IMG/VR virus record: IMGVR_UViG_3300033076_000880
Coordinates: 1-47,758 of that record
Length of the DNA stretch: 47,758 nucleotides
Strand: one strand, 5' to 3'
Origin: a virus
Taxonomy: Duplodnaviria > Caudoviricetes
Below are positions 27,907 to 36,655 of the stretch, piece by piece. Numbering within the stretch: position 1 is the stretch's first letter; every line of letters starts with the position of its first letter. Below the pieces are notes generated by a model that saw only the letters and a list, made by a program, of their open reading frames with translations, ran no database searches and was not told where the DNA came from. A program made the position numbers and the translations under genes.

Positions 27907-29108
27907 CGGTTGTTCAGGGCTGGCTGACGACCGTAGTAATCGTCGCCGAGCACGTCCTTCAAGGCGTCTTTCGTCGCCCGCTTCACGTCGTTGGCATTCT
28001 CAACTCCGTTGATCTCCACCTTGACGTTGTTGGTGGTGTTGACCGGCGCAGCACTCGAACGAACCCCCGGCTGGTTTTGCAATGCCTGCAGCAGCATCGC
28101 TTCCGAGTCGGGTAATCGGCCAGAGGCGAGGGTACCAAACAGTTTTATGAACCCGTTCTTGATGTCGAAAATCGTCCCAGAGATGATCTCGCCGATGCGC
28201 ATGGTCGCCCGGTCTTCCTCGACGGTGGTAGCCATCTCAGAAACGCCATCGTTGAGCCTGTCGATGTTGCGCAGGGCGCGAACAAACCCGTCCGAGAGGC
28301 CCAACGTGTCAGCGAAGAACGCTTGGGTGGCTGCGTTCATGTTCTGCGTCACCTTGGCGAATTGCTTGGCCTGTTCGTCGGGGGACAAGCGGGCGTCGAT
28401 CCCGAGCCTAGAGTATGCGGCTGCCGCTTCGTCGTCGGTGCCCATGCGAACCCGCTCACTCTGCTTACGCAGGTTGACCAAGTTTGATCGCATCTCCTCC
28501 TCGCTAACGCCGCTGATTTGCCCGAGGCGGCGAAACCTGAGATCTTGGCCTTGAGACAGACCAGTCAGTTGGACGAACCGACTGCGGTCTCGAGCTCCGT
28601 CGACAATCGCTTTGGTGAGTTGGTTGATGGCGCTGACGAGCTTCATCAAGATCGCCGTGATGCCGCCGAGCGCGAGGAACCGGCGGATGTCGCGAAAGAC
28701 GCCCAAAAGCTGCGCACCGTTGTTGGCGGCTGCCGGGGCGGCTGCTGCAGGCGCGAGAGGACCAATGAACGCGGGGTTGCCGGGGACCGGAGCCGGATTC
28801 CCCATCATGCGGTTGAAGGGTCCGTAGCCGGTGACCGGAGGAACGACTGGCCCACCTCCGCCTCCGCCTCCGCCCCCGGCATTGCCCCCTCCACCTCCAG
28901 CATTGCCCCCTCCGCCTCCGCCTCCGCCTCCGCCTCCGCCTCCGCCTCGAGGGGCGCGAGGGAACCGCATCCCTTGGAGTTGCCGCATGGATGACAACAG
29001 GTCTCGAGCCTGCGCAGCCATGTTCGTCAACGACGTCTCAACCGCCGTGATGGCGGCTTGGTCGTTAACGCGGAATCCGAGGGCGACGAAGAGTTCAGCA
29101 ATTTGCAT
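27903..29108 (-). CDS. Tape measure protein (short, with poly-Gly tract)
   Basis: IAELFVALGF N-terminus, position after the chaperones. Confidence 0.8.
   Translation of the reverse strand: MQIAELFVALGFRVNDQAAITAVETSLTNMAAQARDLLSSMRQLQGMRFPRAPRGGGGGGGGGGGGGGNAGGGGGNAGGGGGGGGGPVVPPVTGYGPFNRMMGNPAPVPGNPAFIGPLAPAAAAPAAANNGAQLLGVFRDIRRFLALGGITAILMKLVSAINQLTKAIVDGARDRSRFVQLTGLSQGQDLRFRRLGQISGVSEEEMRSNLVNLRKQSERVRMGTDDEAAAAYSRLGIDARLSPDEQAKQFAKVTQNMNAATQAFFADTLGLSDGFVRALRNIDRLNDGVSEMATTVEEDRATMRIGEIISGTIFDIKNGFIKLFGTLASGRLPDSEAMLLQALQNQPGVRSSAAPVNTTNNVKVEINGVENANDVKRATKDALKDVLGDDYYGRQPALNNR
28853..28948 (-). repeat. (GGAGGC)n low-complexity repeat encoding poly-Gly with two NA interruptions
   Basis: Directly visible. 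Confidence 0.9.
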
Positions 29109-29110
29109 GG

Positions 29111-29357
29111 TCAGGCGCGGTTCATCTCTCGAACCGTCTCCTCGTATTCACTTTGAAAATTCACAAATTCCCAAGCTTCGAATACGGTGTTGGTCGGCAT
29201 GGACATCACCTTCGCGGGATCTCCGCCCCCGAATCCCTCGCGAGCGAGCCGCAGAGACATGAGGGTGGCAGAGTCCATGGTTACTCGGATTTCGGGGCGT
29301 CGGATGTCGGCTTTGCGTTTGTCGACCACGACAAGCCGAGGCTTTTGAAAAAAGGGG
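29111..29357 (-). CDS. Tail assembly chaperone frameshift extension (gpT-like)
   Basis: Open -1 frame from the slippery CCCCTTTTTTC to the stop 2 nt before the tape measure start. Confidence 0.75.
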
Positions 29358-29700
29358 AAAGGTTTGCCTGCATCACCTCCCACACGACGGGCAGATAATC
29401 TTGGCGGGCCTCTTCGGGCTCGAAGGTCTGCGGTGTGATTCGCTGTCCATTGTAGAGGCATCGTTTCGCGCACTCCATGACTGCGGTCTCGACCGCTTCG
29501 GATTGCACGAGCTGGAAGATTGCGTTCTTCAGCACGTTGATGTCCTGCCCCGAGAGGCTGGACAAGTTGGAGGCGTCGAGGTCGAACTGGACCGTCGCGA
29601 GTTCGCGGGCAATCGTCTTCATCAAACGATTGCCTGCGGAGAAAGGAGCGATCCCGATTTCCAAGGTCGAGCCGCTCTTGAGGGTGATGGGATCTTGCAT
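29281..29700 (-). CDS. Tail assembly chaperone (gpG-like)
   Basis: Between tube and tape measure; start MQDPITL; ends ANLSPFFKSL... Confidence 0.85.
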   Translation of the reverse strand: MQDPITLKSGSTLEIGIAPFSAGNRLMKTIARELATVQFDLDASNLSSLSGQDINVLKNAIFQLVQSEAVETAVMECAKRCLYNGQRITPQTFEPEEARQDYLPVVWEVMQANLSPFFKSLGLSWSTNAKPTSDAPKSE

Positions 29701-29705
29701 AAAAA

Positions 29706-29800
29706 GTCTCGGGGTCAGGGACACCGGGCAAGCCCGCACTTGGCGTTACGGTATGAGAGGACGAGACCCCAAGAAGCGCCCTCCCTACTTGCCCGGTGTC
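29706..29800 (-). ncRNA. Structured intercistronic RNA element (13-bp closing stem, possible pseudoknot)
   Basis: GACACCGGGCAAG 29720-29732 / CTTGCCCGGTGTC 29788-29800 perfect inverted repeat. Confidence 0.55.
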
Positions 29801-29805
29801 AGTTG

Positions 29806-30258
29806 TTAAAAGAGGCGACGGTCGACAGACGCGAACTCGAAGCGATACACGACCACGCTTTGTTCTGTATCTCCCTCGGCATTGGACTTGGCGTCGACGG
29901 CACGTTTGAAGATGCCTCCAATCAAGTCGTAGGTATCGGGCGTCACGTTGCCCTGACCATCGCCTACTTGCTTGGTAAAATTGCCTTCAAGGAGGACGAA
30001 AGACGCGAAATCTTGACGCTGCTGTTGGAGCAAAGCGTCCAGCATCTTGTCATTCGGCGAACCACGGATGAGTCGCAGCGTCGCCGAAGCGACCGGACCC
30101 ATCGAGTTCTCAGCGTAAATCGCGTTGCCGTTCTTGCCACGCTTGAGGTTGGCGAGATCGTTGTCGTAGGTGACTGTGAACCAGTCGCCGTCGGCGACGT
30201 CCACGATGGAGTCCCCGAGAACCAAGGTGTCGTTACCTGTGAGGGAGACAGTAGGCAT
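29806..30258 (-). CDS. Tail tube protein
   Basis: 150 aa after the sheath; ADGD, GKNGN, GDG-x-GN. Confidence 0.87.
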   Translation of the reverse strand: MPTVSLTGNDTLVLGDSIVDVADGDWFTVTYDNDLANLKRGKNGNAIYAENSMGPVASATLRLIRGSPNDKMLDALLQQQRQDFASFVLLEGNFTKQVGDGQGNVTPDTYDLIGGIFKRAVDAKSNAEGDTEQSVVVYRFEFASVDRRLF

Positions 30259-30270
30259 GATAGGAATGGA

Positions 30271-31452
30271 TTAGCGGTTGATGCTGACGAGCACTTCGCT
30301 GCTCTGGATCGCGCCTGCGAACTTGATCGCGATACGAACCAGAGGAGCCTGACGGGCTTCTCGGGCAGCCTGCGCCTGCTGATTGACCGGCGCACTGTAG
30401 ATGTAGAAGCCTTGGTTGAGGACGCAGCGACGGAGGTCGGCCGGACTTCCGAATAGTTCAGGCGAATTCCAAGTGCCGGGAGCTACGAAACCATTGTCCC
30501 TAGCTTGGGTGCAAACACCGATGTACGCGCCCTTGAGGACTGCCATACCTGGCTCAGTCTGGGGCAACTTGGTGCTGGTAGTCGCGAGGGCGTTGAACCC
30601 GGCGACTTGCAACGAGAACACGAACCAGTCGAGGTTGTAGACGTTGTCGAAGTAGTCGTTCGCACCAGTGCAGAACACCTTGCCGACGTACTGCGCCCCG
30701 CCACCGACGGACGGGTACGTGTCGACGCCGACCGTCTCGCACGAGTTGAGGATCGTCTGCGTGATGTTGGTGTCTGCGTTGATACCCACGAGGGACTTGA
30801 GGTGCATCGTGGACGTGGTCGCCGGACCATCGAAGTTCGTCGACATCGCCCGACCAGCGTAGGCCGCAGCGAACAGACGAGCCGACTTTGCGGAAGCTGC
30901 CACTTCGGATCCTTGTGGTACGAGGCAGAGCAAGCAGCGAGTGTGCGTTTCGGTCGCGTTGGTGATGATCCAGAAGAGGCCGGTCGTCGTGGTCAACGAG
31001 GACGAAAGGTACGAGCTCGCGAACAGCTTCACGCGCAAAGATTGGCACGCCGTCGAGGCAGCCAAGACCGCAGCGTCATTCGGCGTGAGGCCAGCCCACA
31101 TAGCCCCACCAAAGAAATTGGTCTTGATCGCATTCGGGATCGCCTCGGCCAAGGTCGAATTCGTTCCGCTTGCGGGCATCGGGACGATGATGAGCGTGCC
31201 GCCACCATCGAGGATGTTGGGCGACTGGGAGAACACCAGCACCGCTTGGGCGTAGGCTTCGCTGTTGGCACCCCAGTCATCGAGCACGTCACCGGGGCTG
31301 ACGTAGATGCCGGGGGACGCGAAGGTGATCGCGCCGTTCGCCGGGGTCTCGTTGGTGAAGATGGCGAGGTTGTTCACCGCATACTGCTGCAAGCCAGTGG
31401 GCGGGGAAGAAACGCTGACGCTGACGAAGTTGCTGGCCGGGATGAAGCTCAT
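30271..31452 (-). CDS. Tail sheath protein (DUF3383 type)
   Basis: K-x-L-x-G, FD-x3-NLDW, K-x-PQT-x2-G, NG-x2-APG-x-W, R-x2-R-x-AP, AGAI. Confidence 0.92.
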   Translation of the reverse strand: MSFIPASNFVSVSVSSPPTGLQQYAVNNLAIFTNETPANGAITFASPGIYVSPGDVLDDWGANSEAYAQAVLVFSQSPNILDGGGTLIIVPMPASGTNSTLAEAIPNAIKTNFFGGAMWAGLTPNDAAVLAASTACQSLRVKLFASSYLSSSLTTTTGLFWIITNATETHTRCLLCLVPQGSEVAASAKSARLFAAAYAGRAMSTNFDGPATTSTMHLKSLVGINADTNITQTILNSCETVGVDTYPSVGGGAQYVGKVFCTGANDYFDNVYNLDWFVFSLQVAGFNALATTSTKLPQTEPGMAVLKGAYIGVCTQARDNGFVAPGTWNSPELFGSPADLRRCVLNQGFYIYSAPVNQQAQAAREARQAPLVRIAIKFAGAIQSSEVLVSINR

Positions 31453-31458
31453 GGTCGG

Positions 31459-31992
31459 TTATTGGTTCGTGATGACAGACGGTTGAGAGAACTGGTCGTA
31501 GTAGTCCACCGGCTTCGTCTTTCGGTATGCGACGAGCGCGGCAAAGGTCAAACTGTATCGGTTAACAATGGACGTTCCGTCCTGTTCGGACACGTCAAGC
31601 ATCTTTGGAAGGTATCCGATCTTGAACGAATACTTCTCCTGCTGCTGTTGAGAGTAGGTGCTGGTCAACGCAGCCGTGACTTCCCAATTCCGAGTCCGTG
31701 CCTCGGACGTGAGGCTGTACATCAAGACCGAATACATCTCTTGCACGTTCACGCCCTGTTGCTCGGTCAGCACATCGTTGACCGGGTCGTTCACGTATTG
31801 GGTTTTTGCGCCGAACGGTCGACTACCTACGACTGCCACGTCCAAGTACAATCGATCGTCTGGTGGGATATTGAACTTCTGATTGTACAAGACGACTTGG
31901 TCGTTCTCCAAGGAGAGCTCCGTTTTCAGAATGTCCGCGATGACTTTGATGTATTCAACCGACATGGGGAGGTCTGGTGTAGTCTTGGACAA
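31459..31992 (-). CDS. Neck/tail terminator protein
   Basis: Synteny before the sheath; start could be 31965. Confidence 0.78.
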   Translation of the reverse strand: MSKTTPDLPMSVEYIKVIADILKTELSLENDQVVLYNQKFNIPPDDRLYLDVAVVGSRPFGAKTQYVNDPVNDVLTEQQGVNVQEMYSVLMYSLTSEARTRNWEVTAALTSTYSQQQQEKYSFKIGYLPKMLDVSEQDGTSIVNRYSLTFAALVAYRKTKPVDYYDQFSQPSVITNQ

Positions 31993-32365
31993 GTTCGTAC
32001 TGCATGTAGCCGTACTCCGAAAAATCTTGGTTCTTCATCACTCGATACGGCACGCCACCCAAGGTAAAACGCTCGTCGTTCTCGAGGTGGATGTCCGGCG
32101 TCGTGTGCAGCAGCTTCCACTCCCACGAGCGTTGGCCTTCGGGCTTGAGCCGCAGCAGGGATGGGCCGAACGGCTGGATGACGCCCATGCAGCTCGTCTC
32201 CTTGAAAACTTCTTTGGTTTCGAAATTAACCACCGTCTTCGTCACGCGCCCTACGACCAAGGGACGGAACCACCCAGTGATGGTGCTCTGCACCGTGGGC
32301 AAGCAAAGCGCCGTCGAGTAGACGTCTCGGTCGGCCGCGCTGGAGATGCCGTTTTGCGGGATCAT
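31955..32365 (-). CDS. Head closure protein
   Basis: G-x2-QP ... PEGQRSW-x-W ... YRV ... YG. Confidence 0.82.
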   Translation of the reverse strand: MIPQNGISSAADRDVYSTALCLPTVQSTITGWFRPLVVGRVTKTVVNFETKEVFKETSCMGVIQPFGPSLLRLKPEGQRSWEWKLLHTTPDIHLENDERFTLGGVPYRVMKNQDFSEYGYMQYELVQDYTRPPHVG

Positions 32366-32865
32366 CAGATTACGCGGGACGAAACTGATTTCCTGAGTTG
32401 AGCACTCTCAATCAGGATACGGGACGAGCCTTTGCGACGGATGGTCTCGGCGGCGAGCGGCTGCCACTGGCCAAATCCGCCAGTGCTGAATGCCTCCTGC
32501 ACCACGTCCTCACCTACAACGCCAAGGAGAGCGACCATGCGTCCTGCGCCACGCTGCACCAGGGCTTGGGCCCAACGGGCACCGAAGCGAAGGATTTCCG
32601 GCCCCAAGAACAGGGTCAGGGGCATTTGCAGGAACGACCTGCGCGGGATCGTCGTAGTGGCCCGGTCGCGACGTCGGCTGAAAGATAGCCCGAACTCGTG
32701 GACCGCTCCCAAGCTCGGGTTGTCGGGGATGGGGTTCTGACGAGAGTCGTCTGGGCGACGGGCTGCGTGGTCTGCGAAGATCCCGACATGGGCACGATAC
32801 CTCGGCAACTCCGCCAGCGAAGTGCGGAGCCGACGTAGCAGGCGCGTGTCCAAGGTGACGGGCAT
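32365..32865 (-). CDS. Tail completion / virion morphogenesis protein
   Basis: VGI, HEFG, IP-x-RSFL, TI-x-RKGS-x3-LI-x-S-x-QLR-x-S. Confidence 0.87.
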   Translation of the reverse strand: MPVTLDTRLLRRLRTSLAELPRYRAHVGIFADHAARRPDDSRQNPIPDNPSLGAVHEFGLSFSRRRDRATTTIPRRSFLQMPLTLFLGPEILRFGARWAQALVQRGAGRMVALLGVVGEDVVQEAFSTGGFGQWQPLAAETIRRKGSSRILIESAQLRKSVSSRVI

Positions 32866-33569
32866 CAGGGGAGCGTCGGTCGATAGAAAGCAGACATGTT
32901 CCCGACCAGTTGAGGTGAGAACAGCTCTAAGAATTGCGCCCCGTAGGTGGTGCGGGACAGCTTCGCGAGGAAGGGACTGTTGAGCACCCGAGGAGGGATC
33001 TGGTAGGACTCACTGACGTTGCCGACCATCTTGGACTGGGTCAGCCATTCGGCTTTGCCGCCCAACCCAGTCATGCTCGCTTGGAGCGTCTCGCAAAGGT
33101 AGTGGGCAGCGAGGAGATTGTAGGCGTAGGTGAACGCGGACTGAGACCCGGACAGATTGCGGGTCATGTTAAAAGCTTCGGCGGCGTTGAACGCTCGAGC
33201 TATGTCGAAATCCGACACCTTCTTCGTGTTGGTGTTGTCGCCGCCTAGAGCGACATAGACCAGGGGAGCGGTTGTGTATCCATACCCGCCATTCGTGACG
33301 GCGATGGCTGTGACGGCTCCTCCTACGACGGTCACTGACAAAAGTGCCCCAATACCCCCACCACCGTAGACGACGGCGGCAGGGGTTGGTTGACTGGGGA
33401 GACCAGAGCCAGCCGTATCGACGGCGACTCCGGTTACGCTACCACTGTCATCGATCGATGCCGTGGCCGTCGCTCCTACCACACCAGCGGTCGCAGACGG
33501 AGTCGCGAACGGGAAATCCCGAACGAACTGCGCCTTGAAGTCCGCAATGGTGGGTAGGAGGTAGGCCAC
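32865..33569 (-). CDS. Head-tail adaptor (DUF4054 type) with inserted beta-rich domain
   Basis: FK-x2-F-x-RDFP, L-x-AHYL, S-x2-VG-x-VS-x-SY, T-x-YG-x2-FL; GTG start. Confidence 0.87.
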   Translation of the reverse strand: MAYLLPTIADFKAQFVRDFPFATPSATAGVVGATATASIDDSGSVTGVAVDTAGSGLPSQPTPAAVVYGGGGIGALLSVTVVGGAVTAIAVTNGGYGYTTAPLVYVALGGDNTNTKKVSDFDIARAFNAAEAFNMTRNLSGSQSAFTYAYNLLAAHYLCETLQASMTGLGGKAEWLTQSKMVGNVSESYQIPPRVLNSPFLAKLSRTTYGAQFLELFSPQLVGNMSAFYRPTLP

Positions 33570-33575
33570 GGGGGG

Positions 33576-33890
33576 TCAAACGACTTCGGTGGCGGCTGCT
33601 TTGGCGTCAGCTTTCGGGTCGGTTTTGACTTTACCCTTGGCTGCAGCCGCTTCGAGTTCGGCGATGCGGGCTTTGGCGGCAGCAAGCTCGGCTTGCACGC
33701 CACCAAGTTCCTTCTGGGCAACGCCCGCCTCCACGACGTCGTTCGGCCAGCCTTCCAGCCAAACCTTGGCCACGTCCGCGGGGACGAAGAGGAAGGAGCT
33801 GGGGGCGAGCACGAGCTTGTCGTGGATGTACGAGCGGGACGTGCTGCGGTTGTAGACGCGCACGGGTGAGGGGGTCTCTTTATCTGCCAT
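33576..33890 (-). CDS. Hypothetical head-associated protein
   Basis: Directly after the major capsid gene; coiled-coil C-terminus. Confidence 0.8.
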   Translation of the reverse strand: MADKETPSPVRVYNRSTSRSYIHDKLVLAPSSFLFVPADVAKVWLEGWPNDVVEAGVAQKELGGVQAELAAAKARIAELEAAAAKGKVKTDPKADAKAAATEVV

Positions 33891-33914
33891 GATATGTGAT
33901 CTCCGAGTTGAGGA

Positions 33915-35039
33915 TTAGTATTGGAACAGGAGGGTCTCGAGCGGCTTGTAGAAACCAACGCCCGTGAGTTGCGCGTAGGCAACGTCCTCGAACTGCCAAT
34001 TGTTGATGGTCTGGGGCTGCGTGACGGTGTAGTCCACCGGGATGTCCATGCGCAGCGACTTCGGGTCGTAGCGATAGAGAGCGTAGGTGTTCTTGTTGAT
34101 GCCACGGAGACTGTTGCTGACGGCGGCGTCGCCGTACGCAACGGGGAGGATCTTGAAGTTCGGCCCGCAGAGCGTCTTGAACGCATTCTCGAGGTAGGTC
34201 ATCATCGGGACCGGGAAGGTGCCAGCGGAGCCGGGGACCAGCGTCATCATGCCGAGGTAGTCGGTCATGGGGAGCGCGAAGTGCGTCGGGAGCACGGTGC
34301 TGCCAGAGTTCGTCCAGTAGTCCGCGATGATGTTCTGCACGAACGTGAGGAAGCTCGCCGCATTGAGACCGCTGATGGGGGCGGTGATGCGCGAGGTATT
34401 GATGTTGGTCTTGGTGTTGTTGAACAGACCTTCCATGTTGCCCGACTTGGTGCCGAGGAACGTGATAGCTTGCACACCGAGCTGCCACTTCTTCATGCGA
34501 GCTTCGTGCTTGGAAGCGATGATGTCCCAATTGGAAGCCATCAGCGCTTGCTCAATCTCGGCGAGGGAGTACTCGACGCCGTCGTTCCAGATGAACGTCG
34601 GGAGGGACACAGAGTCCATCGAGACATCGGACTGGGTGCTGCGGGCGTTATGCGAGCCCTGGCGAACGAGGCCAGCTTCAAAGTCGCCGCCGTTCGAATA
34701 CACCCGGCGAGTGAGGATGGACTGGGCCCACGAACCGTCGCCAACAGCGACCGGCACGAAGCTGGAGGGCGTGAGGCCAAACGAGCCGAGCTCGTAGAAG
34801 GTCTGCTCGCTCTGCTGCTGCTTGATGTAGGTCAGCGTGTCGATGAGGATCTGATAACCCGTGGCGGCTTCAGCGGTGGCGGCAGCCGCATTGAAGCGGG
34901 TGTCTAGACCGTTGTTGCGCTCGCCACCGATGTAGAGCGACTTGCTCGCGGTGGCACGGTTGTTGAGGAAAACCGGCTCGCGAACCTCGCGACCTGCGGT
35001 GTCGAGTTTGCCCGTTGGACGAAGAAAAACGCTTTTCAT
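33915..35039 (-). CDS. Major capsid protein (DUF2184 / HK97-fold type)
   Basis: 374 aa; YS-x2-E-x3-A, F-x-G ... GL-x-N, Y-x2-D-x5-M-x-IP, GV-x2-YKP; synteny. Confidence 0.9.
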   Translation of the reverse strand: MKSVFLRPTGKLDTAGREVREPVFLNNRATASKSLYIGGERNNGLDTRFNAAAATAEAATGYQILIDTLTYIKQQQSEQTFYELGSFGLTPSSFVPVAVGDGSWAQSILTRRVYSNGGDFEAGLVRQGSHNARSTQSDVSMDSVSLPTFIWNDGVEYSLAEIEQALMASNWDIIASKHEARMKKWQLGVQAITFLGTKSGNMEGLFNNTKTNINTSRITAPISGLNAASFLTFVQNIIADYWTNSGSTVLPTHFALPMTDYLGMMTLVPGSAGTFPVPMMTYLENAFKTLCGPNFKILPVAYGDAAVSNSLRGINKNTYALYRYDPKSLRMDIPVDYTVTQPQTINNWQFEDVAYAQLTGVGFYKPLETLLFQY

Positions 35040-35063
35040 GGTGCGTAGTGTTTGAGTTATGGC

Positions 35064-35558
35064 TTAGACGCCGAGGTTGAGGGACGGATAGATGCGGACG
35101 CGGATGAGTTGGTCCGCAGCAGTCGCCTTGTCGATAGCGACGCCGGTGACGTACTGGGAAGCCGGGACCGACACGGTCGTGACGAGCGGGTCGGTGGTGG
35201 TCGTGGATGCAGTGGTCGTGACCTTGGCACCACGGGCAATCGCCGCAGACGAGCGGAGGTAGACGTAGCTGTCGAGGCAGGCGACTTCCACGATGTCGTT
35301 GGCGACGTACGTGTTTTTGCGGGCGTTGTACGGAATCACTCCATACACCGGACCGTCGGTCGGGCCGGAGCACTTGTCGACCAAGATGGCACCAGAAGCG
35401 CCATCGATGAGTTTAACGGCGTCGCCCACTTGGATGGTGGTAGCAGAGGTGCCGGGATTGATCTGAGCCGAGACTACGCTCGGAGTGGGAATCATGTCCA
35501 CTAGGCCGAGGATCGCAGCCTGCGTGAACTGATTCATAGCTTGCGTGATGAATGCCAT
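35064..35558 (-). CDS. Capsid decoration/cement protein
   Basis: 164 aa between protease and MCP; G-x-AVK, G-x-A-x-D-x-A. Confidence 0.8.
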   Translation of the reverse strand: MAFITQAMNQFTQAAILGLVDMIPTPSVVSAQINPGTSATTIQVGDAVKLIDGASGAILVDKCSGPTDGPVYGVIPYNARKNTYVANDIVEVACLDSYVYLRSSAAIARGAKVTTTASTTTTDPLVTTVSVPASQYVTGVAIDKATAADQLIRVRIYPSLNLGV

Positions 35559-35596
35559 GACGGGTGTTGGTTATTGGTTGTTGGACTGCGATGCAA

Positions 35597-36655
35597 TTAG
35601 TAGCGCTTCGACCCGCGAGCGCAGCGCTCGGCGAGTGAATCGGAGGTGGTGGAGAAGTCGCCGGGAACGGCGGCACTGAGAGAAGCCGCTTGGAGCTTCT
35701 CGAACGCGGCGTTGTCACGAGTGGCCGGAGCAGCGGGGGCCGCAGCCGGAGCAGCAGGAGGGACGGATATAACGGGGGCAGCCGGAGCTACGACGGTAGC
35801 AGCCGGGGCGGCAGGAGCGGCTGCGTTGTTGCGCTTGCGATACGCATCAACCAGCTCGTTGACCTTGACGTTCTTGCCGTCGATCTCGACTTCATCGTCG
35901 CCGGAAGCGGTGCGAACCACGGCAGCCTTGGTCTGCTCCATGAAGGTTTCAGCGAGCGTGTTGAGCTTGATCATCTTGCCGTCGACTTCGATTTCAGTCT
36001 CACCGGAGACTTCGTGCGATTCCACTTTCGTGGTCTCCACGGGTTTGCCGTCAGCACCATTTTCGCGGGTGACGAGCTTCTTGAGGAACTTGAATACGTT
36101 CATGGTTTGGTTGCTGACAGTTGCGATTGCGTTCAGACGAAATTCGGCGTGCTCGTAGCGGGGGCGATCCACGACGGCGAGGTGGTTGAACTCAATGTCG
36201 ATGATCTCGGCGTCGTAGCGGATACCGTGATATACGCCACCGGGCCCGAGCTCTTTGACCCGGTAGCCGCAAGAGGGACGTTCGCCTCGGCGCATCCGCT
36301 CTTGAACCTCGTGGGAGTCCGCAGTGCCAGACACGTAGTACCAGCCGTCTTCGGAATTGTAGGACCACTCGTTGACGATGCCCTGCTCGAGATCCGTGCG
36401 ATTGGCTGCTGTGATGTAGGTGTGCCCTACGATTAGTGGGTTGCCGACGACCGACGCCATGCAGCGATCAATCGTCTCCTTGCGGAGCAACTCGATGCCG
36501 CCGCCTTGGTCCTTGTAGGACACGATCCCGGGCTCGATGAACTTGCAGTCGAACTTCTTCGACTCGGCGGCGATGTTGAACCGCACGCCTTCAGCGTAGC
36601 GCAGGTTGGCTTGCTCTGCGAGTCCGATAATAGCGATGTCGGGAGTGGTGCTCAC
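35597..36655 (-). CDS. Prohead protease/scaffold (DUF2213 type)
   Basis: GH, SCGY, NHLAVV-x2-PR; Ala/Pro-rich scaffold tail; GTG start coupled to the upstream stop. Confidence 0.9.
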   Translation of the reverse strand: MSTTPDIAIIGLAEQANLRYAEGVRFNIAAESKKFDCKFIEPGIVSYKDQGGGIELLRKETIDRCMASVVGNPLIVGHTYITAANRTDLEQGIVNEWSYNSEDGWYYVSGTADSHEVQERMRRGERPSCGYRVKELGPGGVYHGIRYDAEIIDIEFNHLAVVDRPRYEHAEFRLNAIATVSNQTMNVFKFLKKLVTRENGADGKPVETTKVESHEVSGETEIEVDGKMIKLNTLAETFMEQTKAAVVRTASGDDEVEIDGKNVKVNELVDAYRKRNNAAAPAAPAATVVAPAAPVISVPPAAPAAAPAAPATRDNAAFEKLQAASLSAAVPGDFSTTSDSLAERCARGSKRY

